From: Stenotrophomonas sp.
GTDB lineage: Bacteria > Pseudomonadota > Gammaproteobacteria > Xanthomonadales > Xanthomonadaceae
Reading direction: 5' to 3'
Assembly (NCBI GenBank): GCA_039592995.1
Contig: JBCNQC010000009.1
Coordinates: 18,956 to 82,955, forward strand
Length of the DNA stretch: 64,000 nucleotides
Each line of letters opens with the position of its first letter. Within the stretch, counting starts at the first letter, position 1. The notes under the pieces were generated by a model, which saw only the letters and a program-made list of their open reading frames with translations, was not told the DNA's origin and ran no database searches. Below, piece after piece: positions 18,576 to 26,714 of the stretch. Position numbers and translations under genes: made by a program.

Positions 18576-18716
18576 CGTAGAGCGGGGCTCGCCCCGCTGC
18601 GGCGAACGCAGCCCGTAGAGCGGGGCTTGCCCCGCTGCCGCGAACGCAGCCCGTAGAGCGGGGCTTGCCCCGCTGCCGCGAACGCAGCCCGTAGAGCGGG
18701 GCTTGCCCCGCTGCCG
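18576..18716 (+). repeat. Tandem array of four SMAG REP units (38-bp period)
   Basis: cgtagagcggggcttgccccgctgccgcgaacgcagcc starts at 18576, 18614, 18652 and 18690. Units 2-3 are identical, unit 1 has 2 mismatches and unit 4 is truncated. Confidence 0.9.
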
Positions 18717-18725
18717 CGATCCGCG

Positions 18726-20213
18726 CTACCGCAGGTGCTTCAGCGGATCCACCCGCTCACCGTTGAACAACAACTCCCAGTGCAGGTGCGGCCCGGTCAC
18801 GCGCCCACTGCGCCCACTGCGCGCAATCAGTTCGCCGCGCGTTACACGCTGGCCCGTCTGAAGTCCGGTACTTTCCAGATGCGCGAACAGACTCTGCCAA
18901 CCGTTGCCATGATCAATCACCACCACCGTCCCGTATTGGTCACCTTCGGGGTAATGCGGTGTGGCAGCCAGCACCACCCCATCCGCCGGTGCCAACACGG
19001 GCGTACCCACGCGGGCGGCAAAGTCAGTGCCACGGTGCGCACGCTGACGGATCCCGCCGTTGTCGCCGAAGTGGCTGTTGATGCGCACCTGCGCCAGCGG
19101 CGCACTGAAGCGTTGCCCTGCTGCCGCCAAGGGAGAGATCGATACCGGTGCCATCGCCACGCTCATGCTGCTGAGCGTGGTCAACGGAGGCAGCGGAGCC
19201 GGTAACAGCACGGCCGCCTGCACAACCGTCATGACGGCACCACTGGCCAGCAGTGCAGCGAGCACGGCGATACGACCTGGCCACGAGGTTCGTATCGCGC
19301 TGCCACCCCGCAGCATGTGCTGGAGGCGCAGCTGGTGGCCGGCCATGTCGCGGTGGGTCAGCGCGGTCGCCGGGTTGGGCGCGCTGCCGTGCCCGGCCAG
19401 GCGCAACGCGCCCAGATAGGCAACAGCGAAACTGCGGCCGGCGGCGGCATCGCCGCCCAGTGCCATGGCATCGCATCGCAGCTCGGCAGCCATCTGCACA
19501 CGAGCAGCGATATGCCGCACGAAGGGGTTGAACCACAGCAGCGCGCCTACCATAGCCATCATGCCGGCGCGTTGCGGATCGCTGCGCTCCAGATGCGCGG
19601 CCTCATGCCGCAGCACCAGGTGTAGCTGCAGGTCGCTGAAGTGGTGCAGCGCACTTTGAGGCAGCACGATGGTCGGTCTTGGCCAGCGCACGGCGAACGG
19701 GGTCATGGCGTGTGCGGTAATACGCAGACCAATGCCCTGCGCGCGCAGGGCAAGCGCCTGCTGGGTGCTCATCGATCCGGGCCATTCGGAGGTGTCGTCG
19801 ACCTCCGATGCGCCACGCACAACCCGGTACGCTGCCCAGCTGCCGTGAAGCAGGCGCAACAGCGCCAGTGCCGAGCCGAGCAGCCAGGCGGTCATCAGCA
19901 CGCCGGCCAACGAGGGCCAGCTCTGGCCGGGAGCGACGATCGCCTCGAGGGTGGTCGCCGGGCTGTGCAGCGCCAGCGGAAGGGGCAGCGCAACCGGCAG
20001 TGCCGTCAGCGGGGCCGGGGCCAAGCCCGCCAGCAGCACCGACAACAGGGGAGGAAGCACCGCCAGACACCATGCCGCGAACCACACGCCCGGGCTGGAC
20101 ACCGCCTGCGGCCACAGTCGCTGCACCATACGGCCCAGGCCCAGTGCAAGTGCGGCGCTGGCCACGCTGCCCAGCGCCAGCAACACCCAGGTCTGCGGGG
20201 GCAGCGCACTCAT
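18726..20213 (-). CDS. BlaR1-type M56 signal-transducing metalloprotease fused to a C-terminal M23 (LytM) peptidase domain
   Basis: N-terminal TM segments. M56 zinc motif LRHEAAHLERSD (HEAAH at 19607-19593). C-terminal M23 motifs HRGTDFAA (HxxxD), GNGWQSLFAHL and TGPHLHWEL (HxH). Confidence 0.85.
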   Translation of the reverse strand: MSALPPQTWVLLALGSVASAALALGLGRMVQRLWPQAVSSPGVWFAAWCLAVLPPLLSVLLAGLAPAPLTALPVALPLPLALHSPATTLEAIVAPGQSWPSLAGVLMTAWLLGSALALLRLLHGSWAAYRVVRGASEVDDTSEWPGSMSTQQALALRAQGIGLRITAHAMTPFAVRWPRPTIVLPQSALHHFSDLQLHLVLRHEAAHLERSDPQRAGMMAMVGALLWFNPFVRHIAARVQMAAELRCDAMALGGDAAAGRSFAVAYLGALRLAGHGSAPNPATALTHRDMAGHQLRLQHMLRGGSAIRTSWPGRIAVLAALLASGAVMTVVQAAVLLPAPLPPLTTLSSMSVAMAPVSISPLAAAGQRFSAPLAQVRINSHFGDNGGIRQRAHRGTDFAARVGTPVLAPADGVVLAATPHYPEGDQYGTVVVIDHGNGWQSLFAHLESTGLQTGQRVTRGELIARSGRSGRVTGPHLHWELLFNGERVDPLKHLR

Positions 20214-20596
20214 GCGGCGTCATCCGGGTCGGGGGCGTGCAGCAAGGCCTCCAGTTGCTGCAGTTCCTGTTCGCTCAACAGGCGGCTGTCGGCGAAGGCC
20301 TGCACCGGGAGCGCGCCGTCCAGTTCCAGTACGCGGCGGGCGAAGTCCGCGCTCAATGCTGCCAGCGTGGCGACCTTGCCCACCTGGGCCCGGTAGACAT
20401 TGAGTCCGTGTTCGCTGGTTTCCGTCACCAGCCCCTTGTCGACCATCCGCTCCAGGGTCTTGCGCGTGGAGGAGTAGGACCAGTCCAGGCTGGCGGCGAC
20501 GCCGTTGTGCAGTTCTCGGGCGCTGCAGGCGTCGAGTCGCCACAGGCACTTGAGCAGTTCCAGCTCGGCGTTGGAGGGGGTGGGCGGGCGGACCAT
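20210..20596 (-). CDS. BlaI/MecI/CopY-family transcriptional repressor
   Basis: ORF trimmed to ATG 20596 (MVRPPTPSNAELELLKCLWRL...SARELH...WSYSSTRKTLERMVDKGLV). Its TGA overlaps the ATG of the M56 gene (ATGA at 20213-20210). Confidence 0.85.
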   Translation of the reverse strand: MVRPPTPSNAELELLKCLWRLDACSARELHNGVAASLDWSYSSTRKTLERMVDKGLVTETSEHGLNVYRAQVGKVATLAALSADFARRVLELDGALPVQAFADSRLLSEQELQQLEALLHAPDPDDAA

Positions 20597-20733
20597 GGCG
20601 GGAGCCTGATGGAGGTGGTGTCGCAAGTGTGCGACATGTGTCGCATATGGCGCAAGCCCTTGGCAGCGACCTGAACGGGGAACGCTGCGATTGTCGGGAA
20701 CGCCCACATTGCCGGGAATGTCGGGAACGCTTG

Positions 20734-20800
20734 CGTAGAGCGGGGCTTGCCCCGCTGCTTTTTGCGCAGCGTCATCAGCGGGGCAAGCCCCGCTCTACGG
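20734..20800. repeat. SMAG REP inverted dimer
   Basis: cgtagagcggggcttgccccgctg (20734-20757) and cagcggggcaagccccgctctacgg (20776-20800). The second unit contains the TAG stop (20797-20795) of the downstream phosphoesterase gene. Confidence 0.85.
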
Positions 20801-21901
20801 GTCGATCACCCCTTCGGCCAACGGCACCCGCGAACCATCCAGCAAGCCACGGCTGAGCGCGCCGTCCTCGATGAACAGCAGCTCCCCGTTCTCGCCGTTC
20901 TTGATACTGCTGTCGATCGCGATGATGCGGTCACCATGGAACGTGCTCACGTGCGGCATCGACGTGTGTCCCACCACGATCCGCTTCAGCTCCAGCTGTT
21001 TCAGCAGAGCATCCACCTGGGCGGTGTCCATGCGCCCGTCGAAGTAGCCGCGGAACCAGATTGGACTGGTCTTGCCATCAAACAGGCGCGCGCTGTCCGG
21101 AGCCGCCTTGACCTGTTCGCGCGGCAGGCCGAGCGAGGCTTGGTACAGCGCATTGGTGGCCTCCAGCGCCTGCACCAGGTCGACATTCTCAGCCGCGATA
21201 CCGCCGTGCAGGAACAAGGTGTCGCCGATCTGCAGCAGCGCCGGGCGGGTGCGCAGCCATTGCCCGAGCACCGAATCGGCGGCATACAACCCTGGATAGG
21301 TACGGCCGAGCAGGCGTGCGCTCTTGAGGTACTTGGGGTTGACGTAGCGCAGGTCGCGGTACAGCACCATGGTTTCGTGGTTGCCCAGCACGAAGTGCAC
21401 CGCGCCGCCGGCATCGGCCGCCTGCTGTTGCAGGCTGTACAACAACCAGAAGGCTTCAGTGACCTGCGGCCCACGATCAAAAACATCGCCCGCCACCACG
21501 AGGGTGGCGGTGCCCAGCGACCAGCGGTCCTGGTCGTCGATCACGTGATGTGCGCGCAGCAGCTGCACCAGAAGACCGTACTGGCCATGGATGTCGGACA
21601 GGGCCACGATGCGTGGCACTGCCGGCAATCGTGCGGGCGCGAGGCTCGGCAGCGGCCGGATGTCCAGCGCATGCGGATACCCGCATTCGGGCAGTACCAT
21701 CGTGGTGGAGCCGCGCGCAGGCAGATCCCGCCGCACTACATGGTCGTCGCATACCCACTGCGCCTGATGGCCGTCGCCGGTCAGAAACACGTAGGGACCG
21801 TCCGCATCTACGTGTTCGGCCGGAGCGGCAACCTCGCGGGCGGAAGTGGCAAATCCAGCCGCGAGTAAAAGAGCAGCAGCCAATACCGGGCGCAACGTCA
21901 T
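20795..21901 (-). CDS. Exported PPP-type metallophosphoesterase
   Basis: ORF trimmed to ATG 21901 (MTLRPVLAAALLLAAGFATSA). Motifs LSDIHGQ, AGDVFDRGP and LGNHE. Confidence 0.8.
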   Translation of the reverse strand: MTLRPVLAAALLLAAGFATSAREVAAPAEHVDADGPYVFLTGDGHQAQWVCDDHVVRRDLPARGSTTMVLPECGYPHALDIRPLPSLAPARLPAVPRIVALSDIHGQYGLLVQLLRAHHVIDDQDRWSLGTATLVVAGDVFDRGPQVTEAFWLLYSLQQQAADAGGAVHFVLGNHETMVLYRDLRYVNPKYLKSARLLGRTYPGLYAADSVLGQWLRTRPALLQIGDTLFLHGGIAAENVDLVQALEATNALYQASLGLPREQVKAAPDSARLFDGKTSPIWFRGYFDGRMDTAQVDALLKQLELKRIVVGHTSMPHVSTFHGDRIIAIDSSIKNGENGELLFIEDGALSRGLLDGSRVPLAEGVIDP

Positions 21902-21933
21902 GGGCAGTTCCAACCGCAAAGAAGGCCATCTTA

Positions 21934-21960
21934 CGTAGTGACACGCCATGCGTGTCAACG
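21934..21960. repeat. REP hairpin, GACACGC-stem class
   Basis: cgtagtgacacgccatgcgtgtcaacg. The identical unit recurs at 48825-48850. Confidence 0.75.
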
Positions 21961-22006
21961 TACCCCAAGATCGCCCGATCCACCCAGGACGCCGCGTCAG
22001 ATATCG

Positions 22007-24232
22007 TCAGAAGTTCGCGCGCAAGTTGAACAAAACCCGACGCGGCTCGCCCCAATAGCCGGCGTTGAAGAAGCCCACGTTCCGGTAATACACCTTGTCG
22101 AACACATTGGTCACGGTCACACCCACGCTCATGTTGTCGTTGATGCGGTAGCGCCCCATCAGGTCAAACAGCATGTAGCCGCCCTGGCGCATCCTGCCGG
22201 TGGCGGTGATCGGCGCACCGGCCGCGGTGTAGCGGCCGGTGGGAATCGGCTGCAGCTGGTAGATCTCACTCTGCACCGTGAAGCCACCGCCGACCATCCA
22301 GTCACCACGCCGATACGTGGTGTTGAAGCGCGCCAGCTGCATGGGGCTGGTGCTGGCGAAGCGGCTGCCGTCCGGGTTGGTGCTGTAGGCGTAGGTGTAA
22401 CCGCCGGTCATGCTCCAGTTATCGGTGATCGAACCGGACACCTCGAACTCGGCACCGTTGGTCTCGATGCCCTTGCTGGCAATGTAGGGCACGCTGCCGT
22501 CGGGCAGAATCACGTCGGCTCCGGCCGGGTCGCGCGTGGCCACGTTGTCCTGCTTCATGTAGAAGCCATTGAGTGAACCGTACAGGCGGCCACCGAAGAA
22601 CTCGCCCTTGAAGCCATACTCGTAGTTGCTGCCGGTGACCGGATCCAGCAGCTGGTTGTTGATGTCGCGCAGCGCGGTGGCCTGGAACACGTCCGAGTAG
22701 CTGGCGAACGCGGTGATGCTGCTGCTCAGGTCGTACAGCACGCCGAAGTACGGCGTGGGCTCGTGCGCGGTGGTGCGTGCGCTGCGACCGGTGAAGTTGC
22801 CGTTGACGTCGTAGTTGTCGGTGGTGGTGCGGTAGTCCGAATAGCGCACGCCGGCGATCACCTTCAGCGGGTCGATCGGGTTCAGGCGCGCGGCCGCGTA
22901 GTAGCCGGTCTCAGTGGTGTTGACCGTGCTGGAGGGAATGCCGTAGTTGAACGTAGTCGGCTTGCCGATGTTGCCGTCCCAGCTGAAGATGCTGGGGAAG
23001 GCGGCCACGTTGTACGGGCGCGAGCTGATGCCGGCGCGGATGGTGTCCAGGTCACGGTCATAGTGATTCACGCCCACGACCAGCTCGTGCTGGCGGCCCA
23101 ACAGCTGGAACGGACCGGAGGCATACAGGTCGAAGGCGTCTTCGCGGGTTTCCGACACCGAGTAGGTGTCGGCAATGCGCAGGCCCAGGCCGGTGACCGG
23201 GTCGGCCCAGTTGCCGGTGTTGGAACCGGCCAGCAGCAGCGAGTCGGTGTCGGTGGCGCGGTGGTTGTAGGCGATGCGACCGCTCCAGCCCGCGCCCAGC
23301 TGCTGCTCCAGGGTGAGGAAGTAATTGGTGCTTTCGCGGTTCCATTCGTTCCAGCGTGCGGCAGCACTGTACGAGCGCGGAATCACCGCGCGGCTGCCGT
23401 CGCGGAAGTACAGCGGCGAGGCGCTCCAGGCACCACCGTCTGATTCGGTCTTGAGGTAGTCGATGCCGGCACGCAGGCGGGTGCTGTCGGTCAGGTCGGC
23501 CTCGACCACGCCGTACAGGCTGGGCGAGGTGTCGTGCTGGAAGCGCACCCAGCTTTCCTTGTCGGTGTAAGCCCCGACGAAGCGACCGCGGACGCGGCCA
23601 CCGGAGGTCAGCGGACCACCGACGTCCACTTCCGCACGGCGGTAGTCCCAGGAGCCGGCGCTGAGGCTGGTGCTGGCCTGGAAGGTGTCGGTGGGGCGCT
23701 TGCGCACCATGTTCACCGTGGCCGACGGATTGCCCGAGCCGGTGACCAGCCCGCTGGCCCCGCGCACGATTTCAATGCGCTCGTAGATCGAGGTGTCGCT
23801 CAGGATCGAGTTGCCGCCCGCACCGGTGGTGTAGTTGGTGGGCACGCCATCGAACATGAAGTTGTTGATGGTGAAGCCACGTGCGTTGAACAGCGTGCGG
23901 TTGCTGTCATAGGACTGCACGGTGACACCCGGGGTCTGCTGCAGCACCTCGGCGATGGTGATCAGGTTGAAATCCTCGATCCGCTGGCGGGTGAACACGG
24001 TCAGCGACTGCGGGGTTTCGCGCAGGGTCAGCGGCAGTTTTGTGGCGGTGTTGGTGCCATAGACCTGGTAACCCTCGGTGCGCTGGGTGACCAGCACCTT
24101 GTCCAGCTCGGTGGTGGTCGGCGCGTTGGCGGCGCTCTGCGCCAACGCCAGCGAAGGCGCAGCAGCAGCCAGCGCCAGGCACAGCGCCAGGGTATTCCGG
24201 CGCTGTGCGCCGGGCAGGGAATCACGGATCAT
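22007..24232 (-). CDS. TonB-dependent siderophore receptor (FhuE/FhuA-like)
   Basis: 741 aa with ATG 24232. Signal ...APSLALAQS. TATKLPLTLRETPQSLTVFTRQRIEDF and ARGFTINNFMFDGVP. C-terminal ...LFNLRANF. Confidence 0.9.
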   Translation of the reverse strand: MIRDSLPGAQRRNTLALCLALAAAAPSLALAQSAANAPTTTELDKVLVTQRTEGYQVYGTNTATKLPLTLRETPQSLTVFTRQRIEDFNLITIAEVLQQTPGVTVQSYDSNRTLFNARGFTINNFMFDGVPTNYTTGAGGNSILSDTSIYERIEIVRGASGLVTGSGNPSATVNMVRKRPTDTFQASTSLSAGSWDYRRAEVDVGGPLTSGGRVRGRFVGAYTDKESWVRFQHDTSPSLYGVVEADLTDSTRLRAGIDYLKTESDGGAWSASPLYFRDGSRAVIPRSYSAAARWNEWNRESTNYFLTLEQQLGAGWSGRIAYNHRATDTDSLLLAGSNTGNWADPVTGLGLRIADTYSVSETREDAFDLYASGPFQLLGRQHELVVGVNHYDRDLDTIRAGISSRPYNVAAFPSIFSWDGNIGKPTTFNYGIPSSTVNTTETGYYAAARLNPIDPLKVIAGVRYSDYRTTTDNYDVNGNFTGRSARTTAHEPTPYFGVLYDLSSSITAFASYSDVFQATALRDINNQLLDPVTGSNYEYGFKGEFFGGRLYGSLNGFYMKQDNVATRDPAGADVILPDGSVPYIASKGIETNGAEFEVSGSITDNWSMTGGYTYAYSTNPDGSRFASTSPMQLARFNTTYRRGDWMVGGGFTVQSEIYQLQPIPTGRYTAAGAPITATGRMRQGGYMLFDLMGRYRINDNMSVGVTVTNVFDKVYYRNVGFFNAGYWGEPRRVLFNLRANF

Positions 24233-24253
24233 GGAAACCTCGGGGTAGCGGAA

Positions 24254-24580
24254 TCAGGAAGCGGAATCGCGCGGGGCGCGGGCGGGCGGAGCGCCTGGCG
24301 AAGGACGCGCACGTGGTGCGGTCCGGTAGCTGAGCCAAAACAAGGGAGGGGCGGCAGCGGCGGCCAGTACGCCCACTCCGGCGATCACGCCGTAGGCAAT
24401 ACCCCAGCCGGAAATGCAGCAGGCCATGCCAGCGGTGAGCGCGGTCCACCCTGCGAGGCGCAGGCCACGGCACCGCCACCGGGACGGAAACAGGCCGAAC
24501 ACGTCTCGATGGTGGCGATCCATCGACAGCGCCAACGCAGTGAATCCGGCGACCGCGAGCAGCCAGGCCAGCACGCTCAT
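24254..24580 (-). CDS. DUF3325-family small membrane protein (iron-uptake cluster)
   Basis: 108 aa, MSVLAWLLAVAGFTALALSMDRHHRDVFG.... Its ATG overlaps the PepSY gene stop (ATGA). Confidence 0.7.
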   Translation of the reverse strand: MSVLAWLLAVAGFTALALSMDRHHRDVFGLFPSRWRCRGLRLAGWTALTAGMACCISGWGIAYGVIAGVGVLAAAAAPPLFWLSYRTAPRARPSPGAPPARAPRDSAS

Positions 24581-26154
24581 GCGCCCGCTCCGCCTGCGAC
24601 CAGTGGGGTGTCACGCGAGGCGCGGGCGCGGCGCGCCACCGGCACATGGCGCTGCACCTTGCGTGCCGTCCACAGCAGGGCCACGCCGAGCAGGCCCAGC
24701 CCGAGATCGATGCCCGCCTTGGCGGTATCGCCCGCCGCCAACGCACTGAAGAGACCGCCGTTCCAGGCCAGCAGATTGAACACCGGCAGCAGCAGTGCCA
24801 GCCCGCCCGTCACGGCCAGTTGTTCGACCCACGCACGGCGCGGCGCACGCAGGCCGGCATGCAGCAGGCACAGTGCCCACGCGGCGAAGAACACGCTGAT
24901 CTCGGCTTGGGCGCGGGCGTCCAGACTGACCGGCAGCAGCCGGTTGCCCCACAGGAACGCCAGCATCGCCAGCGGCAGGCCGGCGACGAAGCCGATGTTC
25001 ATGCGCTCCACGAAGCGGAATGCGCGCGGCGGCCGGGTGGGATCGGGCAGCTGCTCACGCCGCTTCACCGTCCACAGCACCAGCCCGGTGGCCACCATCA
25101 GCGTGCCAGCGACGCCGGACAGGAAGAACAGCCAGCGCATCAGCGCCGGCGCAAAGCGTGCGGCATGCAGGCCGATCATGCCGTCGCGGGTGAACACCGC
25201 CGCCGAGCGTTCGGTAGCCGGGCTCAGCAGTGCGCCGTGGGCGTCATAGCGCAGTGCTTCGCCGTTGTCGGCAATACGGTCGGCACTGTCGCGGCGGAAG
25301 GTGATGCGCATCGCCGCGTCGCCGGGATGTTCAATCACCACCGAACCGGCATGGCCGTTGCCCCATTGCTGCTGTGCGCTGTCCATCAGCGTGGCCAGCG
25401 CCGGCATCACCACGCGCTGCCCCGCAGGCTGCACCTTGGCCTCGCGCGGGAACAGCTCGGCGAAGAACGCATCGCGGCTGCCGAAGTTGGCCTGCACGGC
25501 CCACGGCATGTACACCGTCATCAGGGTGATCAATCCGGTGTAGGTGATCATCAGGTGGAACGGCAGCGACAGCACCGCCAGTGCGTTGTGGCCGTCCAGC
25601 CAGGTGCGCTGGCCCTTGCCACGGCGAAAGCTGAAGAAGTCGGCGAAGATCTTCTTGTGGGTGATCACCCCGCTGATGATCGCCACCAGCATGAACACCG
25701 TGCAGAAGCAGACGAACCAGCGTGCCCACAGCACGGGCACGTAATGCAGGTCGAAGTGCAGGCGATAGAAGAAGTCGCCTCCGCGGGTGTCGCGCGCCTG
25801 TACCGGGTGGCCGCTGGCATCCAGCGTGGCCTGCCATGGATTGGGCTGGCCGCGTTTTGGCTCAGGCGCGTTCTTGGGTTGCCAGCGCACGGTGGTGGCA
25901 TTACTGCGGGATCCCGGCAGCTCAATCGACCAGCGTGTGGCGTCAGGCGCGGTGTGCGTGAGGAAACGCTGTGCCTGGCTCAGTGCAACGTCAGACGCTG
26001 CGGGCAGCCCGAGTTCCGGCTGCATCCAGCGGGTGAGCTCGTTGCGCCAGTAGCTGGCGGTGCCGGCAATGAAGATCAGGTACAGCACCCAGCCGACCAC
26101 CAGCCCGGACCAGGTGTGCAGCACCGCCTGTGACTGACGGAATCCCTGGCTCAT
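24577..26154 (-). CDS. PepSY-associated TM-helix protein (PiuB-like putative siderophore-associated reductase)
   Basis: 525 aa. N-terminal RQSQAVLHTWSGLVVGWVLYLIFIAGTASYWRNE. Multiple TM helices. Typical position next to a siderophore receptor. Confidence 0.85.
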   Translation of the reverse strand: MSQGFRQSQAVLHTWSGLVVGWVLYLIFIAGTASYWRNELTRWMQPELGLPAASDVALSQAQRFLTHTAPDATRWSIELPGSRSNATTVRWQPKNAPEPKRGQPNPWQATLDASGHPVQARDTRGGDFFYRLHFDLHYVPVLWARWFVCFCTVFMLVAIISGVITHKKIFADFFSFRRGKGQRTWLDGHNALAVLSLPFHLMITYTGLITLMTVYMPWAVQANFGSRDAFFAELFPREAKVQPAGQRVVMPALATLMDSAQQQWGNGHAGSVVIEHPGDAAMRITFRRDSADRIADNGEALRYDAHGALLSPATERSAAVFTRDGMIGLHAARFAPALMRWLFFLSGVAGTLMVATGLVLWTVKRREQLPDPTRPPRAFRFVERMNIGFVAGLPLAMLAFLWGNRLLPVSLDARAQAEISVFFAAWALCLLHAGLRAPRRAWVEQLAVTGGLALLLPVFNLLAWNGGLFSALAAGDTAKAGIDLGLGLLGVALLWTARKVQRHVPVARRARASRDTPLVAGGAGA

Positions 26155-26477
26155 GCGAGCCCCAGCGCGTGCAACGCGGCGGGCGCTGCGCCCAGGGCGA
26201 AGGCTGTTGTCAATCCCAGTGCCGCACGCGGGGTGCTGCGCGCGGCATAGGTCCAGATCGCGGCGAGTGCGTAGATCACGAAGGAGACCATGGTGGCGAC
26301 GAGCGCGGCGTCAGCGGGATTGCCCGGCAGCAGGCGAGCCAGGCCGTCGGCCCAGCCCGCTGCCACGGCATAGCCGCCGATCAGCGCCAGCAGCCCACGC
26401 GCCCACAGCCGGGCATTGCCCTTGCGGCGGGGGGAGGTGCGCCGGGCGGGCGGTATGGGGGGAGGGACGGTGGACAT
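26151..26477 (-). CDS. DUF3649-family small membrane protein
   Basis: 108 aa, ...LLALIGGYAVAAGWADGLARLLP.... Stop overlaps the PepSY gene ATG (ATGA). Confidence 0.65.
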   Translation of the reverse strand: MSTVPPPIPPARRTSPRRKGNARLWARGLLALIGGYAVAAGWADGLARLLPGNPADAALVATMVSFVIYALAAIWTYAARSTPRAALGLTTAFALGAAPAALHALGLA

Positions 26478-26593
26478 CGTGGATGTCGTTGAGAACGGCG
26501 TGGCAATTGCGACTCACTATTATTTGGGATCGTCGCATGCAGCGTATCCCTCGTTTGGGGGGTGTCACCACCTACGGTAGTGGCTTGACAGGT

Positions 26594-26700
26594 CGTAGAG
26601 CGGGGCTTGCCCCGCTGCGTTTCGCGGCGAACGGCCAGCGGGGCAAGCCCCGCTCTACGGTTTGGCCAGAACGGCCAGCGGGGCAAGCCCCGCTCTACGG
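26594..26700. repeat. Three SMAG REP units (one forward, two reverse; the reverse units are part of a 40-bp tandem duplication)
   Basis: cgtagagcggggcttgccccgctg (26594-26617). gaacggccagcggggcaagccccgctctacgg occurs twice (26629-26660 and 26669-26700). Confidence 0.85.
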
Positions 26701-26714
26701 GCCGGCCGCAACGG

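Noticed and set aside
18576-18716. Regularly spaced 38-bp repeats that could be mistaken for a small CRISPR array
   Set aside because: The whole 38-bp unit repeats, so the would-be spacers are identical to each other and are only about 14 nt long. The repeat is the same GTAG-capped palindrome found as singles and dimers all over the window. No cas genes are present. It is a tandem REP array.
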